Assembly: GCA_951406725.2 (NCBI GenBank)
Contig: OX597827.1
Location: 69,130,001-69,194,000 of the forward strand
Source: Octopus vulgaris
Lineage: Eukaryota
DNA: 64,000 nucleotides
Direction of reading: 5' to 3'
Under the pieces are notes generated by a model. The model worked only from the letters and a program-made list of their open reading frames with translations, ran no database searches and was not told the origin of the DNA. Each line of letters opens with the position of its first letter. Position 1 is the stretch's first letter. Below are positions 52,705-64,000 of the stretch, piece after piece. Position numbers and translations under genes: made by a program.

Positions 52705-53514
52705 ATGTTTGTGTGTCTGTGTTTGTCCCCCAATATTGCTTGACAATCGATGGTGGTGTGTTTATATCCCTGTAGCAATTTGGCAAAAGAGACCGATAGA
52801 ATAAGTACTTGGCTTACAAAGAATAAGTCCTGGGGTCGATTTGCTCAACTAAAGGCGGTGCTCCAGCATGGCCGCAGTCAAATGACTGAAGTAAAAGAGT
52901 AAAAGAGAGTAAGGAGTATGACCCCATAATTTAGTGGTTTGGCAAAAAAATGAAACCCTGATAGAATAAGGACCAGTCTTAAAATAAAAGGACTGGGGTC
53001 AATTCATTCAACTAAAAGAATTGTTCAAGGCGGTGCTCCAGCATGGCAGTTGTCTAATGACTGAAAAATGTAAAAAAGAAAAGATTCACACACACACACA
53101 CATATATTGTTTACATCACATCATATGAATTTCTCGATCTTCTTAGAGAAAATGAAATGATTCCTCAATGAAACGTTGTGTCTTGAAGCATATAATGCTA
53201 TGAATAATAGCATGTAAATAAATACAGGGTTGGAAAACCTTTTGGAATGGCAAAGACTCTGTCTTAAAGGTGTGAAAACATCGTGTCTGCCATGTGCTGC
53301 CCCCTATTGGATACCCAGACCCATTTCTAGTTCTTTAGTCATTATCAATGGGAAATACCAGTGATTCTACTGAATACACACACACAGACACACACACGCA
53401 CAAACAGACACACACACACATACATTTACACATTCATATGTATATATATATATATACACATGTTTCTCTCTCAACATATATACATACATATATACATATA
53501 TATCTATATACATA

Positions 53515-53550
<36 letters not shown>

Positions 53551-54056
53551 CACACACATATATATATGTATATATATGCATGTATATATATATATTTATA
53601 TATATATATTTACAAGTATATACACACACACACATACATATACATATTTGTGTGCGTGAGAGTGTGTGTGTGTGTGTGTGTTTGTGTGTGTATGTATATA
53701 TATATATATGTATATATACACATATAGGTTTTAAGACCTAAACAGAGTCTACTTTATAAAGCCTGTCCACAGGTACCAGCTATCAGATTCTATCATCCAA
53801 CGCAAATGGATTGCTTCAATAAAGATATATATCTGAGAATCCCTAAATATCCACAGAGTTTATAGTTTATATATTAATAAGGAGAATGGAGTGAGCAACT
53901 AGTTTTATTGCATAATTCTATGATTGTGTCATCAACATTTTACCAGAAGTTTATTGCTAGAATACTGTTATGTAATATGCTGGATATTACATATCCACAT
54001 GCATATACACACATATACAAACAAGCATACAAACATTATCATATTTGTCTATACAT

Positions 54057-54096
<40 letters not shown>

Positions 54097-54106
54097 TCTG
54101 TCTCTG

Positions 54107-54160
<54 letters not shown>

Positions 54161-55128
54161 TGTGCATACAGACATTATCATATCTGTCTATGCATCTCTA
54201 TATATATGTGTGTGTGTTTGTGTTTGTGTGTATGTGTATATATGTGTGTGTATGTGTGTGTATTTGTGTGTGTGTGTGTGTGTGCATGCGTGAACGCATG
54301 TGTGTTTGTGCGCATTTATGTTTGTATTTGTATGTGTTTGTGTGTGTGTTTGTGTTAGTTAGTTAGTTAGTTAAAATTTTGGCTCAAACAGCAAAAAGCA
54401 ATGCCATGTAGGGGGACATGGAGTTATGTACAGGGTGGTGTTCATTTAAAGAGTTCAGGCCACTTATGGTCAAGGGAGACTTTGAACCAAGTGTGTGTGT
54501 GTGTGTGCATGCATGCATATTTGTGTAGATACAGAATGGCCAAATGGTTAAGAAGGTTGCATCACAACCACACATCCTGGGTTCAATCCTGTTGCATGGC
54601 AGTTTGGTCAAACGTCATTTCCTACAGCCTTGAGTCAACCTATAACTTATAAGTAAAAATCTTGCAGAGAGGAGACTGTAGTGAAGCCCATAATGTGATT
54701 AATATCTGGAGTTGAAAAGGACACAATTTTGTCACACACTGCACGATGTCATACTGATTCTGCATAAGAATTACACTAAAGGATCCATCCACACGATGCC
54801 TTTGGAATACTCAGTCATCTACACATTAATTGAAGAAAAATTGAAGAAGCCGAACAAAATTGCAGACGTGGCAGATACCGGTGTCACACAAATTGGCACC
54901 CATGCCAGTGGCATCTAAAAGCACCCCAGTATCGCACAAATGGCACCCATGCCGGTAGCACATAAAAGCACCCATTACACTCTTGGAGCAGTTGACATTA
55001 GGAAGGTCATCCACCCATTGAAAACCATGCCAAATCAGACTGGAGTCTGGCACAGCCTTCCAGCATGCCAACCCAGTCAAACCATCCAACCATTGCCACC
55101 ATTGACGACGGATGTTAAATGATGATGA

Positions 55129-55183
<55 letters not shown>

Positions 55184-55487
55184 TATATACATACACACAA
55201 ACACATGCACACATACATACACAGATATATATATATATATATGCATATATATACGTGTGTGTGTCTGTGTCTGTGTGTGCTTGTGTATCTGTGTGTGTGT
55301 GTATATAAACATAAGAAATTAGAATGACAAAGAAATAAGAAATTTCATCCTGAACTTCATTAGCTCACAGTTGTTTCTGCTATCACATGCAATGCACTCA
55401 TAAGTTGAATGCATTTAATTTTTGATGCTCTGATGAAGCTATAGGCAATAGTGGATAGGTGAATGAGTGGCATCAATTTTTGAAGTT

Positions 55488-56394
55488 TTAACCCTTTTGA
55501 TGCAAACCCACCTCAAACCACCTCTGGTTCTAAGGTACAATTTTCCTTTTTTTAAAATAATCCTAAATTAACTGTTTAACATTCAGCTTATTTTGTCAAA
55601 TATAATAATTATTAATTCACATTTTTAAAAATTAATCACGTATTAAAAATTAATCTCATAACATTGAGATGATGATGATGTGGTTGTTTATTTTTAGAAT
55701 GACATTATAGGATAGGTGTGAGAGGCTGGATCTGGCCACTTTGAATATAAAACAGGTAGAATCTTTTGGGCCTGATATGGTTGCTTCAAATGTGAAAGGG
55801 TTAAAAACCATTCTTCACAATTTCATGTTCATTTAGTTATGGATAGATCCCAGTGTCACATAACTGGCCCCTGTGCCAGTGGCATATAGAAAAGTACCCG
55901 TCAAACATTAGTTGATATGCTTTGCTTGGGAAGACTCGTCAAGCCAAAGGAAATTGCATTCATAGCCTATGCAAGTGTTGCATAACTGGCACCCATGCCG
56001 GTGGCACATAAAAAGTGCCCTTTGAACTTTGGGCCTCATGGAGGCAGTGAAAGGTGAATGAGACTGTTGGTGATACACTGTACTTGAGAAGCCCTGTCAA
56101 GTCAAATGAGATCATAGTCGTGGCCGATGCTAGTGTTTCGTAACTGGGACCCATGACGGTGACACGTTAAAAGCACCCACTACACTTTTGGAGTGGTTGG
56201 CATTAGGAAGGGCATCCAGCTGTAGAAACCATGCCAAGTCAGATTGGAACCTGGTGCAGCTCATCAGTTTACCAGTTTTCAGTCAAACCATGCCAGCATG
56301 GAAAATAGACGTTAAATGATGATGATAATGGTGGTGGTGGTGGTGGTGGTGGTGGTGGTGATGATGATGATGATGAGGAGGAGGAGGAGGATGG

Positions 56395-56435
<41 letters not shown>

Positions 56436-56459
56436 GTGGTGGTAATGATGATGGTGGTT

Positions 56460-56490
<31 letters not shown>

Positions 56491-56531
56491 CGATGATGAT
56501 GACGATGATGATGACAATGATGATGATGATA

Positions 56532-56573
<42 letters not shown>

Positions 56574-56734
56574 GTGACGGTGATGATGATGATGATGATG
56601 ATGATTTAAGTTTCAAACACCAGTTTATTAATGAGAAAACTATTTTAATAAATTTTTCATTTTTCTTTTTTATAAATGAATTGAAACAAAGTCAGTGTAG
56701 TATTTCAACAGAAATATTGTGACCAAAGGGTTAA
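55488..56734. mobile_element. Second piggyBac-like MITE carrying a nested MITE (55568-55804), an RTE-tail repeat and (GAT)n
   Basis: TTAA-CCCTTTTGAT ... GACCAAAGGG-TTAA outer termini. Confidence 0.55.
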
Positions 56735-56879
56735 GCAGCTGAATAGCTTCAAGTGTCATTTGATCTTTTTTTTTTTTTCAGTTTTTTTTTTTCTTGTTAA
56801 GGAAAAGTAGAATTTAAAAATGGTTGAATTAGTTCTGAGAAATCTGGGCCCCTATTAATAATTAGTAACTAAACAAACC

Positions 56880-57560
56880 TAATAGTCACTGGAATTACTT
56901 AGCATTTCTAGGCTTCAGGTAATCAATAAAGGGGTTTTCAATCTTCCTGGATCAGATTTCAAAGAGATATTCCCCATTTCGTATCCTCTATACCAAACGG
57001 ATATTTGGCAGAGAAGATATTTGACATTGTTCAATGTAACATCTATTCTATTAGTAACTGAAATAGTTTTGCCAGTGACAATAACATCGCAGAGATAGGC
57101 GTAAACTCCTCTGATACAATTGTTGTTAATTATACCATCCATCACTCTTTGAAAAGCACTTATAACATCAGTCACACCAAAGAGTAATGTTGTAAACTAA
57201 AATAAGCATCCATCAGCTTGATATGTAGTGTATCTCTTATCATCATTGTGGAATAGAATCAGTCGGTGTACTGCTTTCAGATCCAGTATGTCATAGGTTT
57301 TATTGTGAGAGATACAAAGCACAAGGTCCTCAATATTAAGAAGTGGAGAAGCTTCTAGAAAACTATCAGTGGTCCATTATTTGCGAACAGTCAGTAACAA
57401 AGTGGTGTTTGTCCCAATTTGTTACAACTACTACTCGTGGTCGCCACAAGAAACTAAGGGCTTATAATGGATGGCAAGATTTACGATATCTGGAGAATAT
57501 CTCCTTCCTCCATTATCTCTTTTTGTTCTTCGTGTAGTTCAGGCTTTCGGCAGGCAAAGA
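56880..57560 (-). mobile_element. Degenerate Ty3/Gypsy reverse transcriptase
   Basis: PLLNIEDLV...LDLKAVH...DKRYTTYQADG.LF*F..LLFGVTDVISAFQRVMD...YAYLCDVIVTG; the catalytic YLDD is mutated. Confidence 0.8.
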
Positions 57561-57832
57561 GAGAAGACTTCAAGTACAAATGCTATTTACAACTGGTTTA
57601 TTTACAGGTTTCACAGGATAGGGGAAGTATGCAGCCATGCTGGAGCACCGTCTTTAGGCGAACAAATCGATCCCCAGGACTTATTCTTTATAAGCCTAGA
57701 GCTTATTCTATCGGTCTTTATTGCCGAACTGCTAATTTACGAGGACATAAACACACCAACGTCGGTTGTCAAGCGATGGTGGGGGGAACAAACACAAACA
57801 CACAAACATATACATACATACATACATATATC

Positions 57833-57863
<31 letters not shown>

Positions 57864-57946
57864 TACCGGAGTAAACACATAAATGTGAAACAAGGTGGAA
57901 AAAAAGAGTACTCAAATACCAGTGGTAGAGTAACATGCTTTATTTA

Positions 57947-58006
<60 letters not shown>

Positions 58007-58360
58007 GTATATAATTAATTTCTTGAGGTTGATCCTGGTTGCTATTGAGGAAGAGCTTTGTTGACAGATATACTGAATAAGGGAATTTCCAGAATCAATT
58101 TGGAATACATTCTGCCCTGAAAGTTCATTTGTGCTCTCTGTATTAAAGGAAAAAAAAAAAAAAAGATAGAAGTGACAGGAATCATCATGCTAAAAATAAT
58201 GTCGCCTTTTTGGTTAACTGCTTTTGACTAAACAAAACTCAAAGCCAAATCCACCAGGGAGTACAATGTGCAAATGCTCTGAAGCTATTAATTCATGGTA
58301 CTGCATACACTGATATTTTCATATTCCCGAATGAAAGGAGCTATTTTTGTGTGTGCGTGC

Positions 58361-58399
<39 letters not shown>

Positions 58400-58439
58400 T
58401 GTGTGTTCGCGTGGCTGTGTTCACACACACACACATGCA

Positions 58440-58761
58440 TAGATACATATTCTTACATACATACATGAATACATACATACATACACACATCCATTCATAC
58501 ATACATGCATGCTTGCTTACATACATACACACATACATACATACATACATAAATACATACATACATACATATATGCATGCATACATACATACATACATAC
58601 ATAAATACATACATACATGCATGCATACATACAAACATACATGCATGCATACATAAATACATACATGCATACATACATACATATATGCATGCATACATAC
58701 ATACATACATACATAAATACATACATACTTACATGCATACATACATACATACATGCATGCA

Positions 58762-58795
<34 letters not shown>

Positions 58796-59154
58796 CATGC
58801 ATGCATACATAAATACATACATACATGCATACATACATACATATATGCATGCATACATACATACATACATACATGCATACATACATACATGCATGCATAC
58901 ATAAATACATACATACATGCATACATACATACATATATGCATGCATACATACATGCATACATACATGCATGCATACATACATACATGCATACATACATGC
59001 ATGCATACATACATACATACATGCATGCATACATAGTTACACACACACACACATACATACATACATGCATACATACATGCATACATACATACATACATGC
59101 AATATATACATGCATACATACATACATACATACATACATACATACATACATACA

Positions 59155-59185
<31 letters not shown>
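58440..59185. repeat. (ATAC/ATGC)n tetranucleotide tract
   Basis: About 750 bp of catac/catgc repeats. Confidence 0.95.
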
Positions 59186-59747
59186 GCCAATCTTGAGAAA
59201 GGGGAAAGCTGATTTGAAGACTACAGATTCAGGAACTGTAAAAATCTGTAAAACTTTCCAGAAGTTTATCATTTAAATATACTGAGCATGTCTAGATATG
59301 CAGCTATATGCTTGAGAATACATACATAAAACATACAAATCTGCACATACATACATACATACATACATACATACATACATACATACATACATACATACAT
59401 ACATACAAAATTACCCTGTTGTTGATGTTGAAATTCCAGTGAAGGAGACTCGGATCGAGGTTAGAAACCAGTTCTTTCTCTATTGGCAAGAAATCTTGAA
59501 ATACAACTGAATAATGACATACATACATACACACATACCTACATACATACATACATAACTACATACATACATACATACATACATGCATACATACATACGA
59601 TCCAAGCCATCACCTGAACTGGAACAGTAAAAATCTGTAAAACTTTCCAGAAGTTTATCATTTAAGTATATATGAGCATGTCTAGATATGCAGCTATATG
59701 CATGAGGATACATACATAAAAAAAATACATACAAATTTGTACGTACA

Positions 59748-60020
59748 TGATCTGATCAATAAGTATTTCAACTGTTGCTATAGTAATGAAGTTAAAGTAG
59801 AGGGAGTGAAGCTGCTTGGCACAAATTGACTTTGAACACTGCCGTGCATGCACACTAAGTTTTAATCTTCTAGCTTACTTCCACTATTTACAGCAGTGCT
59901 TGGAAGGAAAGTGTGTAGCATGTGATCATTGCATTAACAATGACAGAGAAAGCTGAGCAGAGAATCTGCATAAAATTTTGCCAAATGCTTGGTGATACCT
60001 GCTTAGAGGCCTACGCAAAG
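59748..60020 (+). mobile_element. mariner 5' end, copy A
   Basis: ctgatcaataagtat terminus; MTEKAEQRICIKFCQMLGDTCLEAYAK. Confidence 0.8.
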
Positions 60021-60177
60021 GAGTGGCTGTGTGGTAAGTAGCTTGCTTACCAACCACATGTCTCTGTGGTTCAGTCCCACTGCATGGCATCTTGGGCAAT
60101 TGTCTTGTACAACAGCCTCGGGCCAACCAAAGCCTTGTGTGGATTTGGTAGACGGAAACTGAAAGAAGCCCGTCGTA

Positions 60178-60234
<57 letters not shown>

Positions 60235-60509
60235 ATATATATGTGTGTGTGTGCGTGCATGTGTGTGTGCGTGTGTGTGTATGTGTGCATATGTTTGTGT
60301 GTGAGTGTTTGTTCCCCCAACATCGCTTCACAACTGTTGCTGGTGTGTTTACATTGCCGTAACTTAGCGGTTCTGCAAAAGAGACTGATAGAATAAGTAC
60401 TAGACTTACAAAAAATAAGTCCTGGGGGGTCGATTTGCGCAACTGAAGGTGGTGCTCCAGCATGGCCATGGTCAAATGACTGAAACCAAATAAAAGAGTA
60501 AAAGAGTAA

Positions 60510-61124
60510 AAAAAATTTTTCATCATTCTCAACACAATCAAGAAGATCTTGTGTAACTGAAACCTGTGTGTCTTTTTGGTTGGCTAAAAGCAGTTTTGGC
60601 ACAAACTTGGCAGATAAGTGTCTCATACCCAAATCTTCAAAGATAATGGACTGAACTGAATCATAACTCATCTGCACATTCTCTGATAACTCAGGGATGG
60701 TTATTCGATGATTTCCCCTCACAGCTGCATGCACATCTGTGATGTTTTCCTCAGTTCTGCTAGTTGCAGGCTTCCCTGAATGTTCATCAGTATCAACATT
60801 TATTCGACCATCTTGGAAACGTCTGAACCAATCGTTCAATTGTGTGCAGCTCATACACTCCTCTCCATACCCTTTCTTCAACTTTGTGTAGGCCTCTAGG
60901 CAGGTATAGCCATGATAAATTTCTCTGTCATGGTCAATGCAACTATCACATGCTACACACCTTCCTTCCAAGCACTGCTGTGAACAGCAGAAGTGGGTTA
61001 GAATATTAAAATTGAGTGCACATGCACAGCAGAATTCAAGATCAGTCTGTGCCAAGCGACTTTACTCTGCATGCTTTAGCTTTGTTACTATGACAACAGT
61101 CCGGATACTTATTGATCAGCCCTA
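60510..61124 (-). mobile_element. mariner 5' half, copy B
   Basis: EAYTKLKKGYGEECMSCTQLNDWFRRFQDGR..VDTDEHSGKP...RITIPELSE...LGMRHLSAKFVPKLL; terminus atacttattgatcagcc. Confidence 0.88.
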
Positions 61125-61865
61125 ATATACATACAAAAATATCATGTTGACGTTGAAATTCCAATGAAGAAGCCCTGGATCTAGGTTAGAAACCGGCTCT
61201 TTCTCTATTAGCATGAAATCTTGAAATAAACCTGAATAATGACACATATACATATACATTTGCATATATCATATTTTTCAGCAAACAAGTTGAATTTACC
61301 AGACCAAAATTTACAGCAAAAAAAAAGGGGGTCAACTTTGGTCAAAAAAAGGGGGGCACCAAAATGTCTTTCGAGAACCAAAAACTCAATGTGAAATGCA
61401 GGATTTGGAAAGATAGAGGTGATGTTTGAATGTTTGTGCTACATGTTTACATTACATGCTACATTGATTTGTTCACGAGAAAATATGGTCCACGCACACA
61501 CACACACACACTCATACACACATACACACACACACACACACACACATACACACACACACACACACACACTCATACACATATGCATGCACACACACAAATA
61601 CACATACACACACATGCATACAGATACACTCACACACACACACTCACCTACACGCACACACAAATACACATACACACACATGCATACAGATACACAAACA
61701 CACTCACACATGCACACACACTCACACACTCACACACTCACACACACATACTCACACACACACACACAAATACACATACACATACACACACATGCATACA
61801 GATATACACACACACACTCACACACACATGCACACACAAATACACATACACAAACATGCATACAG

Positions 61866-61906
<41 letters not shown>

Positions 61907-62840
61907 CATATACACAAATACACATTGGGTTTTCCGGTATACAAGTTGAACTTTTCAGGCCTAAATTTACAACCAAAAACAAAGAGGCAGGTTGACTAAC
62001 ACATCAAAATGACTTTAAACGACCACAACTTCCATGTGAAATGCAACAGCCTTTGGAAAGACAGCGACGGTGCTTGAATGTTTACACTACATAACAACAT
62101 CGATTCATATGTCAGAAAAAAATGCACGCGTGCTCACACACGCACAATCGTATGCACATACATATAGCAGTAAAACGATTTCTTATGTAAACCATGAAGT
62201 AATCCAGTGTAAATTTCCAAGGCAGAGATAAAAGCTGGAACTCTGATGCCAGATTTGCAGGAATGTCAATATAAGAATGAAAAATATGGTGCAAGGTCAA
62301 TAAACATTATAAAGAAGAATGCAGACAGAGCAAAATTTGATGCTTAGGGTAGCAGTTTAATGCTTGAGCAGTTAAGATGAGAGTGGAAGGTGTTGACATT
62401 TCAGATTTTAGTACTTCATCAAAAAATAAAAAGAGAAGCATATGGAGAGAAAAAGAGATGGTGAAAGGGAATTAGTGAGTAAAACAGGGGTCGGCGAATT
62501 CTTTTAAACAATTACCCCAAAATATATTTATTTACGCTGACGTTACCCCTTGATTTGAAAAGAAGAAAATCATAGCTTCCTTGAATTCAAAAGGTTTATT
62601 GAATATATTTATATGATCTATTTACATGTCCATCACATTGGACAGATGCAGTGTTGCCAAAAGAAAAATTTCTGTCACAACAAGGAACATGTTTTTTATA
62701 TGATTTTATTTATGTCTAATGATTCCTCATTACCCCTAAGAATTTCATTTTTACCCCCACTTCAGGTAATTTACACCAGTTCACTGACCACAGGTTTAAA
62801 AGGAAAAATTATTACAAAATCAGAAAATTTTTTTTAAATA

Positions 62841-63055
62841 TTGGGCTGTCCGGAAAGTTCAGGCCGATTTATAGTAGCTTACCTTTGGACTTATTTTAGA
62901 ACATGGTTGAGTCCATAAAATAGGATTTGACTACACCTCCATTTAGAGCACAGTTTAAGCTATCTTTTCATGGAAGAAGGTTTATGTTCCTATAACCTGT
63001 GTTAATTCTGTAACCCTTTAAAATGGAAGATAAAAAAGTTGATTTTCAGCACTTA
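62841..63055 (+). mobile_element. mariner 5' end (same family as 27935-28940)
   Basis: TA-TTGGGCTGTCCGGAAAGTTC; ATG at ~63023 gives MEDKKVDFQHL, cut off at (TTA)n. Confidence 0.85.
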
Positions 63056-63078
63056 TTATTATTATTATTATTATTATT

Positions 63079-63284
63079 CAGTAGTTTTATTTTTATAGCG
63101 TGCTTTCACTTCACTACCGAGCGCAGCTCTGTGTGCCTTGGGTATGTGCTGTGATTTGTTGTGATGCTCTGATGGTTATTGTATGGAAAGTGTTCTGCGT
63201 AGGATGTGTGCAGTGCCTAGTAGTGCAATTTTCTGTATGTTATATGTGTTTGTAAGTCCTGGTGTTTTTGTTATGTATTTGTCT

Positions 63285-63315
<31 letters not shown>

Positions 63316-63803
63316 TTATTATTATTCAGTAGTTTTATTTTTATAGCGTGCTTTCACTTCACTACCGAGCACAGCTCCGTGTGCCTTGGGTATGTGCTGT
63401 GATTTGTTGTGATGCTCTGATGGTTATTGTATGGAAAGTGTTTTGCATAGGATGTGTGCAGTGCCTAGTAGTGTAATTTTCTGTATGTTATATGTGTTTG
63501 TAAGTCCTGGTGTTTTTGTTATGTATTTGTCTGAATATTTTTTTATCATGCCTAATGCACCTACTATGATAGGAATTGTTTCTGTTTTCAGATTCCACAT
63601 TCTAGTTACCTCTATTTCCAGGTCTTTGTATTTTAGAGTTTTCCATTTCTTTTAGAGACATTGTCATCATTATTGATACATCATTATTAAGCAATTTTTT
63701 ATTATTGATCTCTTACAACTATTATCTGGTCTGTTGGCCTTAATTTCTCTATCTGTGTGTATTATTATCCCAGAGTATGGTTGCTTTCTCGTTTTCTGTG
63801 ACC

Positions 63804-63806
<3 letters not shown>
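63079..63806 (-). mobile_element. Two tandem R4/Dong-like LINE 3' ends within (TTA)n
   Basis: 63079-63285 repeats at 63326-63532; minus strand has IHTDREIKANRPD...TRMWNLKTETIPIIVGALGMIKK. Confidence 0.85.
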
Positions 63807-63886
<80 letters not shown>

Positions 63887-64000
63887 ACTCTAAGAATTTG
63901 ATTTCATAATTGTAAATGTGTTAGATGTGACTTTCAAATTTGCCATATATTAAAAGCCCTTCCATGCTTCTTTAATGAATTCTCTCTTTACTATGACGAT

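Noticed and set aside
58341-59272. Long MYVC/HTYI ORFs (and all YIYI/CVCV ORFs in the track)
   Set aside because: Translations of di- and tetranucleotide microsatellites.
60003-61055. 350-aa ORF as a functional gene
   Set aside because: Chance read-through of a mariner N-terminus into an antisense SINE; lacks the DDD catalytic domain.

Overview
Animal genomic DNA, AT-rich and saturated with microsatellites. The SINE families and repeat load point to an octopus or other coleoid cephalopod (inference). The only host gene I can support is the last four coding exons of SMG8, an NMD factor, on + at 723-6261. Its last intron (5408-6146) has textbook U12 (minor spliceosome) signals. The remaining ~58 kb is mostly nested repeats: tRNA-derived SINEs, RTE, CR1/L2-group and R4/Dong-like LINE fragments, a Gypsy RT relic, mariner/Tc1 relics, piggyBac-, pogo- and Merlin-like MITEs, non-autonomous Helitrons, palindromes and mini/microsatellites. 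Most notable are (i) short (TA)n-embedded elements carrying a variant minimal hammerhead-ribozyme fold, probably Penelope-like; (ii) the U12 intron; (iii) a foldback element with telomeric repeats; (iv) a ~600-bp-arm inverted duplication; and (v) a mariner carrying a copy of another locus' junction from 34 kb away. Coordinates were counted by hand and repeat boundaries are approximate. Most ORFs in the supplied track are microsatellite artefacts.
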